This document shows positions 14,094 to 25,520 of a DNA stretch of 64,000 nucleotides, one piece after another; position 1 is the stretch's first letter, and each line of letters begins with the position of its first letter. The notes under the pieces are model-generated. The model saw nothing but the letters and a program-made list of their open reading frames with translations, was not told the origin of the DNA and searched no databases. This DNA comes from Eledone cirrhosa. Taxonomy: Eukaryota. The stretch covers positions 20,274,001-20,338,000 of the forward strand of contig OZ024741.1 of assembly GCA_964016885.1 (NCBI GenBank), read 5' to 3'. The translations under genes and the position numbers were made by a program.

Positions 14094-14637
14094 TACATAC
14101 AGGTACACATACATATATGCACGCATCAGTTTAGCGGACGCTTATTATAACGCCGCTTTGTTCGTTTGTAAACAAACTGAACAGCCTGAATTTATGCCAT
14201 ACGGTGTTAAGGCAACCACGTCACCTTTTTGTTCAACACTGACACAGGAACGATGTACTAGTTTCAAGCTTGTTAGCTATCATCAGCACCGTTTACCCAT
14301 CTGCCAGATAGTTGAACGTTCGAAAGTATATACTTTCCTTATGAAAATTAACGGCTGAGCAGCCTAATTTGCATATTGAGTGAGTTAAATCGGTCAGACA
14401 TACCGAAAACGATAAGTTGAAAAAAAATGAAAACGAAATTTCATTTCTCACTCTTTGTATGGCACTTACTTAAATGTAAGTATGTATGTATACGTACATA
14501 CATATATGTATACAGACGTACAGTAGCATATACATAGTCTGTATACATATATGTATGTACGTATACAAACATACTTACATTTAAGTAAGTGCCATACAAA
14601 GAGTGAGAAATGAAATTTCGTTTTCATTTTTTTTCAA

Positions 14638-14640
<3 letters not shown>
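13985..14640 (-). mobile_element. Non-coding HHR-bearing tandem unit (~487 bp, 1.1 copies) with inverted 5' segment; retrozyme-like
   Basis: AAATGTAAGTATG... recurs at 13985 and 14472. 14536-14640 is the inverse of 14415-14520. HHR at 14249-14293. Confidence 0.75.
14249..14293 (-). ncRNA. Minimal type I hammerhead ribozyme
   Basis: AACGGUG-CUGAUGA-UAGCU AACA AGCUU-GAAAC-UA-GUA-CAUCGUU. Stem I pairs and stem III is palindromic (ACUAGU). Confidence 0.85.
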
Positions 14641-14704
<64 letters not shown>

Positions 14705-14778
14705 CGATCAAAAACCTTATGTTACTGAAATACATACAAGCATTCATACATACGTACGTACATACATAAAAACATACA

Positions 14779-14812
<34 letters not shown>

Positions 14813-14832
14813 CATACATACATACATACATA

Positions 14833-15496
14833 CATGGTGGCTGCCAACTCGTTTTCGAGTACGGCCACTACTTTATATCCATGTAGGAGAACCCCTACCG
14901 ATGCGCTGAACGAATGTGACTTTTTAGTCCAGCCAGCGACTTGAAAACTCTGGTACAAAGACTACACTTGTGACCATTATTGACACATAGTGCAGGGCCC
15001 ATGGTACCATGTGATGACAAGTGCAGAGAGATCTCCAGACATACATACATACATACATACATACATACATACATACATACATACATACATAAAAACATTC
15101 ATACATACATACATGCGTATAAATATACGTTATATTGCTTTCGTATTTTCGTAGTCATGTGAGCATGTATATATGTGTATATGTATGTGTATATATGTGT
15201 ATATATATGTGTATATATACACATATGTGTGGGGAGGGTATATGGGTGTTATATATATATATATATATGGATGGTAACTATTGGGTCGTTATGTAAATAT
15301 AATCGTGTCAAAGAAAATAACCTTCGGGGGACGATATCGGCGCCATTTTGAAGATAATATAAATTTATATGATTAACTTGGAATGCCAGTATAAACACCC
15401 GGCATGCATATACACATAAGTACATACATGCATACATACACACACACATACATACATACACATACACATACATACATACATACATACATACATACA

Positions 15497-15527
<31 letters not shown>

Positions 15528-16262
15528 CATCTTAACCAAGATGATATTTACCAAAAAGAAGAACAAGTCAACATCATTGGATACCATCAGGGTTGCAGGT
15601 GTTATATCAAAGTTTTCCTTCTCCTAGAATTCTGCCTTGACAAAGGCTAAGGGGTCATCTCTCCCGGTGATTTTGGATGACCATTGATTCTTAAGAGCTC
15701 CTTTGCCCTTTGATATATATGCATACATATAATATATATACATGGTGGATGCCAACTCGTTTTCGAGTACGGCCACTACTTTATATCCATGTAGGAGAAC
15801 CCCTACTGATGCGCTGAACGAGTGTGACTTTTTAGTCCAGCCAGCGACTTGAAAACTCTGGTACAAACACTACACTTGTGACAATTATTGACACATAGTG
15901 CTGGGCCCTTGGTACCATGTGATGACAAGTGCAGAGAGATCTCCAGATATAAAGCAATGCCTGTGCCGTGAAGCTTTTATAGTGAGCAAAGGCACTGCAC
16001 AAAGCCAGTCCCACTCTCTTAACCAAGATGATATTTACCAAAAAGAAGAACAAGTCAACATCATTGGATACCATCAGGGTTGCAGGTGTTATATCAAAGT
16101 TTCCCTTCTCCTAGAATTCTGCCTTGATAAAGGCTAAGGGGTCATCTCTCTCGGTGATTTTGGATGACCATTGACTCTTAAAAGCTCCTTTGCTCTTTGA
16201 TATATATACAGACATATAATATATATACATGGTGGCTGCCAACTCGTTTTCGAGTACGGCCA
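14833..16262 (-). mobile_element. Head-to-tail stack of truncated short RTE derivatives separated by (ATGT)n/TA tails
   Basis: The 3' end motif GCCAACTCGTTTTCGAGTACGGCC occurs at ~14843, ~15751 and ~16238. Confidence 0.8.
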
Positions 16263-16440
16263 CATACAACTCAAAACATACACATCCACACATACAATAA
16301 CATGCAGACATACATATCTGCCTAGTTGATGTTGTGTCAATTCCAATGAGAGAGTCTTGTGTCTATGTTAGAAACCGACTCTCTCTCTATTGGTAAAAAT
16401 TTGTGAAATTATAAAACTAGAACATATATACATACATAAT
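16262..16440 (+). mobile_element. R4/Dong-type 3' UTR fragment
   Basis: Reverse complement of ~41950-42140, the UTR downstream of the RLE ORF. Confidence 0.75.
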
Positions 16441-16496
16441 AACATAATACATATATAAATACATATTACATACATATACATACTTTACATGTATAA

Positions 16497-16583
<87 letters not shown>

Positions 16584-16626
16584 CAGAACAAAGTGGAGAT
16601 GTTATATTTGATATTTATTGCTCAAC

Positions 16627-16712
16627 CCGGTTACAAATGTTTCCCAGGCATTCGGCTCGTGATCTGGGGTCATCCCAGACCAGGTTCCAAGTCTGCCTGA
16701 TCCTCAGACCAG
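16627..16712 (-). ncRNA. Hammerhead ribozyme with extended, branched stem II
   Basis: CUGGU-CUGAGGA-UCAGGCA...(UCUGGG AUGAC CCCAGA)...UGCCUGG-GAAAC-AUUU-GUA-ACCGG. Confidence 0.8.
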
Positions 16713-18226
16713 TGTTACCGCAACAAAAATCACATCAAAGGCGAACCAGACACAAACAAGCCTTTAGAATGACCAATCACGGGCCTAGAATCCAACGGAC
16801 ACACGTAACCCGAGTATTACAAGAAACTAACCGTTATAAACAAAGACAAAAACAACAAATATATGTGATCGCACGCACATACACACACACACATACATAA
16901 AATACGCACACACACCCACACCCCCACACACACATACACACATACGTAGAAATTGTACATGACCATATATATATATACATACCCACACACGTACATACAT
17001 ATACATATACACATCCTCACACACACATACATATACATACACATACATATAAATACACGAATTTATATATGCATACATACATCATAAAAACACACGCAAA
17101 AAAATGCCAGATTTTACCCTCAAATTCCTGCCGAAGTTCATTGTGAGGGGGGTTCATACGGGATTTGAAGTAACCCTTTATATCCGAAGGGTCAGCGTCA
17201 GGTGTGATGCAGTCCGTGGCGGTGGCGTGGTCAAAAAGGTCAGCACGCCACTGCAACCGTTATGTAAATGAATCCGTGTACTGTACTGGATAGCAACACT
17301 TACCTGTGTAGGATGGAACAGTACACGGACTCATTGACCTAACGGTTGCGGTCTGTTCTAACCCCTGAGGCTCATCAAGTCGGAGCTTATCTCAGTTTCA
17401 CTGGCATTAAGCAACTTAAAGTAAAAGACTCTTCCCCGCTTCTATCACAGTGTTAACACAAACTGAGGTTTGTGTACACATTTTCAATTGTTTTGACTGG
17501 AGCAATATGAAATGAAGAGCTTTGCTGAACAACACAACGCGCCACCCAGTCTAAGAATCGAACCCATGACATTACGATCGTAAACCAAATACACTAACCA
17601 CTACGTGGGCATTCACTGTCTTCATACAAATAAAAACGGCTTGTCAAAACCGAAGAACCAAGCTGTTTTAGGTCTATGATTGAGATGATGACTACTCTCC
17701 CAATTTTAGGGGTCTAGCTGGCTTATTTTAAAAGAACAGGCCAAATATTCAGGGCCCTTTTGAGGCTTCTCCTTTCTCGGACCGATATCCTGGCTAAGTC
17801 CATCTCTTGTAGGTTCTATATAATCATACTTATATACGTATATATGAGTTCAAATCCCGCCGCGGTTAACTTTTCCTTTCATCCTTACGGGGTTGATAAA
17901 ATAAAGTACCAGTAATACACTGATGTCGATTTAATCGACTTTCCCCTCCCCAAAATTACTGGCATTGTGCCTATACTAGAAATCATACTTATATACGGAT
18001 ATACATGTACGTGTATGTAGACATACTTATATACGTATATATAATATATACTTATATACATACGCACATGCATACATACATTCATGATGGCTGCCCCCCT
18101 CGTTATCGAGTATGGCAATTGCACGAGAAAAAATAAAAACATAATAATAATAATAATAATTGTTTCTACTTTTTGGCACAAGGCCAGCAATTACCCAGTG
18201 TATTACTGGTACTTTATTTTATTTAT

Positions 18227-18280
<54 letters not shown>

Positions 18281-18292
18281 GACAACAACAAT

Positions 18293-21200
18293 GTTTTCTT
18301 TATTAACCACAAGGGTTCACATAAAGTAGACATTAAGGACAGTACAGGACAATACAGGACGGTACAAATGGGCATTTCTGCGTGTAAAAAAACAGAGGTT
18401 GAAATAAAATAACAAAGAAAAATTCCCCAATAGGGGGGAGACTTCCAAGGGACATTTGTGGAGAAAGCCCATTAAAAGACCACAGTGGCCCTGACCACCA
18501 GGGCAAGTGCCCTCTCCCAGTTTTCCACCTTTAATTTACAGACACATACTCAGAGAAGGCCCATTCATTCGGGCCATACTTGCTTCTCTCACCCATCTTT
18601 CAACAAAATGCTGGGAAGAGAGCACTTCCCTCTCTACCCTGATTTTCCGTTTCAAATGAAATTTGAAAAAGTTAATCAGGGCATCACCGAAGAGGTAAGT
18701 GCTCGTCTTCAGCCCTTTCAAACGTGTCCACCATACTATCTCTTTCGCTATGGCCACCAGACAGATAAAAACTGCCTGCCCTTCCAGGCTAAAGGAAGGG
18801 GGCGGGGCAATCCTCACGATGGACTCAGCTGATAGCTGGATCCGTCCTACACGTGACAGCAGGTGTTCGACATAAACCCACAAGTCAGCAATGCTCGGAC
18901 ACTGGACGAGTGCGTGCAGGATGGTTTCGTCGCCCTGCGCGCATCTCGGACATGCCCGGCTGACGGCACCTCCATGCCTGTAGAGTTTATCCCGAACTGG
19001 CAAAGCTCCTCGGTAGCACTGCCAGGCCAGGGATTTCTGGAAGTTGTCCATAGGCCCCGGCCCGAAAGTCCTTCCGAAGAGATTGGCTAGTTGATTTTCG
19101 TCGACGCCTAGAGTTTCTCCAAGTACGTCGTCGCTCTTCCCCTCCACTAATCCCCTATAGAACGCCAAGGTGGAGTTTCCACCGATCACATTGCCCGATT
19201 GGTCGAGGGCTGTGAGCGCCTGAAGACATTCCAGTCTCCAAGCGCTCCCTCTCGGTCTTCGCTTGACCCAGGACTGCAGCTCCGTCAAGGAGACGAGCTG
19301 GGGAAAAACGTGTCTTGCAAACGGCGACCACACCTGATCACCGTCGAGGAAGAGGTGGAGATGTCGTAGCCTGAGCGCGTGTCTGCGCATCATCAGCCAC
19401 GGCATGCCCAGCCCTCCACGTAGCGGGTGTTGACAGCAGATGGACCGCCTGACCATCGGAGCGCGTCCCTTCCACAAGAAGCGAAAGAGCAAACGCTCCA
19501 GCGCAGTCAGGCGGGGCTTAGGACAAGGTACGACGGTCGGGCGGTAGTAGATGACGGATGCGATGTACGCATTCGCCACCTCCGCTCGACCTTTCAGGGA
19601 TAGCTTCCTCTCCGCCCATTTCTGGGTGAGAGAAGCCACCCTGCTCGTCACCTCGTCCCAGTTTTTGTCCGTCTGGAGGTCTGGACCGAACCAGACCCCC
19701 AGCAATTTAACCGGTCCGTCCGTCCAGCGCCCGACGACGCTGTTGGACGGCATGGACCTGCCTCTCCAGGTGCCGAGCTGCAGGCCCACTGACTTTTCCT
19801 GGTTGATCATTGCTCCTGTCACCGCTTCGTATTCTCTTAGTGTAGTGCCGATCGCCTCGATGTGTTTGGCGTTCGACACCACTACGGTGACATCGTCGGC
19901 ATATGCTGACACGGATCTTCCGCATCCTAGTTCGCGCGGGACCCCCCTCAACGTCTCCAGTTTGTGCAGTAATGGCTCGAGAGTCAATACGTACAATAGG
20001 GACGAGAGGGGACATCCTTGGCGGACCGAGCGCATGATGTTGAACGGTTCCGAAAGGTGACCGTTCACTCTCACTACAGAGCAGATGTCGCTGTGCATGG
20101 CAGCGATCCAGCCTCTGAAGACGGGCCCAAAGCCAGCCGCCCTCAGGACTGCCGCTAGGTAACGATGGTCGACCCTATCGAAGGCTTTCGACTGATCTAA
20201 ATTGATGAAAGACCCACCCGTGCCAGGTTCCCTAGCTACCCTCTCTATGATGTATCGCATGAGGTGGAGGTTGTCGTGGATGGATCTGTCGGGAATGGCG
20301 CATGTCTGTGCCTCTCCCACCAGACCACCAACGACAAGCGCCAACCTCTTTGCTAGCACCTTGGCCAAAATCTTGAACTCTGTGTTTAGCAGAGTTATGG
20401 GCCTAAAATTATCTATGTTATCCCCCTTGTTCGGATCCTTTCTCAGTAGCGCCACCGCTCCTCGGCTCACAGAGCTGGGAATTCTCCCGTTCTGTTGCCA
20501 GTTGCAGTAGACGTCCGCCAAGAGGCCTCCGAACAAGTTTGGCATTTGTACGTAAAGTTCATAGGGCAGACCATCCAAACCAGGCGATTTACCCCTTGTG
20601 CAACTAGTCATTGCATCCCGTACTTCAGCGGTTGTTATCGGCTTTTCGCAACACTCCGCCTCAGTGGCCGAAAGCCGCGACAGTCCGTCGAGGTAGACAC
20701 TAAAGTCCATCCCTCGATCCGGCCCGCCACTGCCTCCGAACAGTTGAGCGAAGTGTCGCTGAAAAGCTTCACACATTTGCCCGGGATCGAGTAGCATGCG
20801 CCCGTCGTGGTCCACCAAATACCGGATCGTGGCTTTGTTGCCACGACGCGCCTCCGCCACTCGGGCCCATTGAACGGCTTTCGTCCCCTCGTGTCTGAGA
20901 GCACGCACCCTAGCTCTGACAACGCAACCTTCGTGCTTTGCATTGAAGAATTGGTCAAGGGCCAATTTCGCCGCAAGTACGTCGGTCGCGATGCCTTTGC
21001 TAAGCGCCTCATCTAATTTTCTAACTAATTCTCCCTCTGCTCTATTTTTCTCTATTGCTAAAGTCTTACTAAACCTAATGGACTCTATTCTAATTGCTCT
21101 TTTCAGAGCAAACCACCACTTGTTGTTGACGATGGCCCCCGTCAACGCCCGCTTAACTAGTTCGCTAATCCGGTCTCTGTAGGCCTTGCGCGCTGGTAAG

Positions 21201-22106
21201 GACGCGTTTAACTTCCAGTAGCCGGGTCCTCGTCTATGAAGCCTATCTAAGTCAAGCACACAGATCACGAATTTGTGGTCCGTGTAGCTTACTATCTTGA
21301 ATTGTGGACAGCCTATGCTAGACCTATCTATTTCCCTACAAAATACTCTATCTAGATATGATCTGGATGACCCTATGCGGTTTGTCCAAGTCCACATTGG
21401 CACATTCGGGAAATCCAATCGGTACCTGTCAGACAGTTCAATACGCCTGAGCAGGTTGGTGAGGCTCTTGCACCCTCCACCCCTATCCGCTAATCCCACA
21501 CAGTCCCAGCGTGCATCTAAGATCCCGTTCCAGTCGCCCACTAACACTAAAGAGCGCGACGTTCCAAGAAAGGTCTCCAGACGCCGGAAGAAATCAGGCC
21601 GCCCTGCTCCTGTCGGGGCATAGACGGCCACTAGCCTGAAAGCTTGCCCGTCTCCGCTGGTCACGTCCAGCACCACCAGCTTACCCTCTGGGTCCAGGAA
21701 GATGGCCCGTATGGCGAGATCCAAACCTCTCCGAAAAAGCACAGCAACTCCTCCACCGGATCCAGGACGGCTGGGAGATGCGTACACATCGTAGCCGCCG
21801 AAGATCGGTACGAAGGCCCGTGCTTCGGAGATTCTGGTCTCGCTGATGGCCACTACATCTATGTTTAGTGACCTGAGGTCGTTGAGCAGGTGACCCTGCT
21901 TCCATGACGACCCCAAGCCACGCGCATTTATGCTGCCTATTCTGAGTGAGGTCATGTTTAAAATAGAGTGGAAAAGATGGGAAAGACCACTTACCGTACT
22001 TTTGGTAGAGGAGGGATGGTTTTTACATCCCTTTTCACTTGATCGTCTGGTGAAGGGACCGTTGAATCGTCCCTTCGGCTGGTCGTCGGCTCTTCTAAGA
22101 GAATGT
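18293..22106 (-). mobile_element. 5'-truncated L1/Tx1-type LINE with 17-bp TSD
   Basis: TSD ATAACGACAACAACAAT at 18276-18292 and 22107-22123. The 3'UTR ends ...GTGGTTAATAAAGAAAAC. A probable ORF1 C-terminal remnant stops at 21991. Confidence 0.92.
18536..21955 (-). CDS. Intact LINE ORF2 (~1139 aa): AP endonuclease, reverse transcriptase, C-terminal Cys/His zinc knuckle
   Basis: Starts MTSLRIGSINARGL. Motifs: ISET, VGDWN, SYLDR, TDH, KSPGLDG, FRPITLLN, KAFDRV, RQGCPLS, AYADD, CPRC..ETILHAL..C. No internal stops. Confidence 0.93.
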   Translation of the reverse strand: MTSLRIGSINARGLGSSWKQGHLLNDLRSLNIDVVAISETRISEARAFVPIFGGYDVYASPSRPGSGGGVAVLFRRGLDLAIRAIFLDPEGKLVVLDVTSGDGQAFRLVAVYAPTGAGRPDFFRRLETFLGTSRSLVLVGDWNGILDARWDCVGLADRGGGCKSLTNLLRRIELSDRYRLDFPNVPMWTWTNRIGSSRSYLDRVFCREIDRSSIGCPQFKIVSYTDHKFVICVLDLDRLHRRGPGYWKLNASLPARKAYRDRISELVKRALTGAIVNNKWWFALKRAIRIESIRFSKTLAIEKNRAEGELVRKLDEALSKGIATDVLAAKLALDQFFNAKHEGCVVRARVRALRHEGTKAVQWARVAEARRGNKATIRYLVDHDGRMLLDPGQMCEAFQRHFAQLFGGSGGPDRGMDFSVYLDGLSRLSATEAECCEKPITTAEVRDAMTSCTRGKSPGLDGLPYELYVQMPNLFGGLLADVYCNWQQNGRIPSSVSRGAVALLRKDPNKGDNIDNFRPITLLNTEFKILAKVLAKRLALVVGGLVGEAQTCAIPDRSIHDNLHLMRYIIERVAREPGTGGSFINLDQSKAFDRVDHRYLAAVLRAAGFGPVFRGWIAAMHSDICSVVRVNGHLSEPFNIMRSVRQGCPLSSLLYVLTLEPLLHKLETLRGVPRELGCGRSVSAYADDVTVVVSNAKHIEAIGTTLREYEAVTGAMINQEKSVGLQLGTWRGRSMPSNSVVGRWTDGPVKLLGVWFGPDLQTDKNWDEVTSRVASLTQKWAERKLSLKGRAEVANAYIASVIYYRPTVVPCPKPRLTALERLLFRFLWKGRAPMVRRSICCQHPLRGGLGMPWLMMRRHALRLRHLHLFLDGDQVWSPFARHVFPQLVSLTELQSWVKRRPRGSAWRLECLQALTALDQSGNVIGGNSTLAFYRGLVEGKSDDVLGETLGVDENQLANLFGRTFGPGPMDNFQKSLAWQCYRGALPVRDKLYRHGGAVSRACPRCAQGDETILHALVQCPSIADLWVYVEHLLSRVGRIQLSAESIVRIAPPPSFSLEGQAVFICLVAIAKEIVWWTRLKGLKTSTYLFGDALINFFKFHLKRKIRVEREVLSSQHFVERWVREASMARMNGPSLSMCL

Positions 22107-22178
22107 ATAACGACAACAACAATAATAATAAATACATATATATATATACACACACACACATAAACATATCTACACACA

Positions 22179-22239
<61 letters not shown>

Positions 22240-22240
<1 letters not shown>

Positions 22241-22645
22241 ATAGCAACTAACAGCGCTGCGATCGAATGTGGCTTTTTAGCCCAGCCAATGATTTAAAAT
22301 GTCTTGCACAGAGTTGGCAACCAAAACATTCACTGGGAATAGTCGGCTGTGGTTGGAGTTCGTGTACTTTTGCATGTCGTTTGAGCCCTCCTGCTGATTT
22401 ACATTCTCTACCACATGTTTGGCAAGCATGATGAGTAGCATCTCCAACAGCAGCCTGGTAGTCAACCACTGGTCTCACTTTATGACTGCGAAGATGACTT
22501 TCGAGTCCAGCCTTGCTTAGGCAGAGTCTCGCACAGACGCTGCATGTCAGCACCATCGGAGGACTCTCGCCGTCTGGAAGTACAACAGCAATGCCCTTCC
22601 TCACATCCCGCTTTACTTTCTCGTATGCGATTCGAGATGCCTCAA
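22240..22645 (-). mobile_element. 3' end of the RTE LINE encoding three C2H2 zinc fingers
   Basis: ORF 22248-22664: CSVC..SHLRSH, CQTC..RHAKVH, CQLC..SHIRSQRC. Near-identical to 46697-47100. Confidence 0.88.
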
Positions 22646-22669
22646 GGCAACTTTCCCCATACATACATA

Positions 22670-23168
22670 CATGGTGGTTGTCAACTCGTTTTCGAGTACG
22701 GCCACTACTTTATATCCATGTAAGAGAACCCCTACCGAAGCGCTGAACGAGTGTGACTTGAAAACTTTGGTAGAAACACTACACTTGTGACAATTATTGA
22801 CACATAGTGCTGGCCCATGGTACCATGTGGCGACAAGTGCAGAGAGATCTCCAGATATAAAGCAATGCCTGTGCCGTGAAGCTTTTATAGTGAGCAAAGG
22901 CACTGCACAAAGCCAGTCCCACTCTCTTAACCAAGATGATATTTACCAAAAAGAAGAACAAGTCAACATCATCTCTCACGGTGATTTTGGATGGCCATTG
23001 ACTCTTAAGAGCTTTGACAGGTTTTGTTTTTAGTCCTGCAGGATGTCCAAAGTCACCCTCCTCACCAAGAAACCTTGGTGGGGTTGCCAGTTTAGTCGCC
23101 AACGACCCGACCATGAGACAGGTTGTACTGGGATACATGTTACCAGTAGCACCAACTGGTGACCTGAC
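22670..23168 (-). mobile_element. Short internally deleted RTE derivative (with further deletions)
   Basis: Same 5' head (CAGGTCACCAGTTGGTGC) and 3' end as 10755-11370. Confidence 0.82.
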
Positions 23169-23206
23169 ATACATACATACATACATACATACATACATAC
23201 ATTTAC

Positions 23207-23296
23207 CAGCAAGCTTCCATTGGCAGAATGCCTGATACCAAAAGAGAATTTCCAGTCAATCACACGCCAGAATCTAATGTATGACTGGTATGCTGC
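23207..23296 (-). CDS. Candidate 90-nt internal host exon (AAYQSYIRFWRVIDWKFSFGIRHSANGSLL)
   Basis: Non-repetitive island with ttttaaacAG acceptor and CTG|GTAAAT donor. Open only in phase 0. Protein not recognised. Confidence 0.35.
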
Positions 23297-23574
23297 CTGT
23301 TTAAAACTATTCCTCTAGAATTACTATTATAATAGGAATTCCTCTGAAGTCGCCATAACAAGAATTTAATCAAAGCCAATCAAACATCTGGTAAAAAACA
23401 AGGAATTTTGTGATCTACTGAGTAAATTTTAATTACAGGATTTTAATTTAAGCACAAGGTCAGAAATTTAACCCAACTCCTTGATAGGTATTCTCGGGTG
23501 GTTGGAATAAGACGGGTTTGGAATAAGCGGGGGTTCGGAATAAGAAGGGTTAGGAATTTGGAGGGGGGGGGGTT

Positions 23575-24360
23575 GATTAAATCGACCCAGTGTGTTACTG
23601 GGACTTTATTTTATCGACCTCATAAGGATGAAAGTTAAAGCTAACCTCGGTGGTATTTGAATTCAGAACATAAACGGCCATAACTCTATGCTGAAAAGCA
23701 TGGTGTCCGATGCTCTACCGATTCTGCCAATCCAACGCCTTTGATTTCAAATTATAATAATGATTTCTAATGACTTCTAGCATTAGAACAAGATCAGCAA
23801 TTGGGAGAAAGGAGATTATTATATCGACACAGCACTTAACTGGTACTTTATTTATCGACCTTGAAGGATGAAGTTCATCTCGGCCGGTTTTAAACTCAGG
23901 ATGTAATTTAAACAGAGTCGTAATTTAATACTGCAAGGGTTTTTATCCAACACTTTACAAATACCACCAATCCACCGCCTTTATAATCAGTGCTGGATTT
24001 AATGGGGGCCAAAGGGAGAATTGCCCTTCACCAACGACGGCCGTACTAATTTATTTGAGCCCTCAACTGGGCTTTTTAGTTTTAGGATGGTTAGAATTTT
24101 TTTTTATTTAATACCTGCTTGTGTAACTTTTAAATTACAATTACTTGCGCCAAGTTAACTGTGTATTCTAATTTTTTGTGTCTAAATTGGGCGGGCCCTG
24201 CTTATAATAGTTTCTAGCATAGGCACAAAATCAGCAAGTTTTAGGGATGGAGATGTCGATAAAATCGACCCCAGAACTTTTCTAGTACATTGTTTTATCG
24301 ACCTCAGCAAGATTTGAACTCAGAACGTAAAGGACCGTAACTAGATATTGCAAGGCACCA
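23575..24360 (-). mobile_element. Cluster of three diverged tRNA/Meta-type SINE copies
   Basis: TTTATCGACC...AGGATGAA...TTTGAA.TCAG motifs near 23610, 23850 and 24295. Confidence 0.72.
23988..24200. mobile_element. hAT-like MITE, degenerate
   Basis: CAG...CTG termini with imperfect TIRs and an 8-bp TSD TTTATAAT/CTTATAAT. Confidence 0.55.
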
Positions 24361-24660
24361 CACTATCATGCGACGGCAAAGGAAGGATTTAGTTACAGAT
24401 TGGTTGGGCTTGGATTACTAGAAAGAATTTGATTTTATTCACCATTAGTGGGTGCTAGTGATTCTACAGCGTGATAAAAGAGAAATTCCAGAGACCATAA
24501 TGAAGACAACATGGCTTCTAACTGGTTCATAATTCTGAAACTGAATAGGAGAGGTTAGTGTATTATCTCAGGTAGACTGGAACTGAGTGAGCTGATGGGG
24601 ATTTCAAGGAGAAAGACATCCAGTGATGTCACACACACACACAAAGATATATACACATAT

Positions 24661-24759
<99 letters not shown>

Positions 24760-24764
24760 ATATA

Positions 24765-25055
24765 TTGGTCGTTTTGGAAGCCTCATCAATGCAGATGGGT
24801 AAATCTCCGGGTAACAGAATCCGGTGGTGAAGAGAGAGATGTAAGGGAGTATAGAATGAGATGTATAGTGTGTAGAGGAACGTAGGAAAGAGCGTAAAAA
24901 ATAAAAATAACACGAGATAGAGTTACCTTGGGAGAGATTTAATTGTCCCTATATTTCGGATTCGCATCCATCAACTGGGAGGTTTTCCGGGGGGGGGGGT
25001 TATCTGTCGGAGAGGAACGGTAGGTGACCTCTGTTGTCCGCTGTTTGAGTTACAC
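24765..25055 (-). mobile_element. Dispersed non-coding repeat (also 41200-41563 + and 63712-64000 -) carrying a variant-core hammerhead-like motif
   Basis: Three clearly alignable copies. Motif: CCC-CAGUUGA-U-GGAU GYGA AUCC-GAAA-UAUA(UA)-GGG. Confidence 0.7.
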
Positions 25056-25520
25056 ACAGATATATATATATATATGAAAGGTATATATTGAGTTAGAAAC
25101 TCAAAATAGTCTCTTACAATTAAATAGCTCAAGGAAAAATATTTTTCCGGGCCGTGTAATATAATTGAATATAAAAGAGAGATAAACACAGGTATATACA
25201 TATATGTGTTCAAATCGTAAGGGGCCAGATTCGTTAGGGTGTAGAAAATACTAACTATGAACAATAGGGTTTACCAGACTCAATTTAAAAGAATAAATCA
25301 AGAAAAGAAATACAAAGCGATATTGGGGCAACTGCCAGACACCCAGACAGTGTCCCTTACGATATATGTATATATCTGTGTTTATCTCTCTTTTATATTC
25401 AATTATATTAAATTATATATATGTGTGTGTGTGTGTGTGTGAGTCCCGGGTTCAATCGAGGGTAACCATGAAGTGCTCAATACATTGGTAGATTATATAC
25501 AACATTTTATATAGAAATGG

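Noticed and set aside
21956-22231. N-terminal extension of the 1231-aa ORF (MCVCVC...)
   Set aside because: It begins in a (GT)n microsatellite outside the TSD. The real ORF2 start is the Met at 21955.
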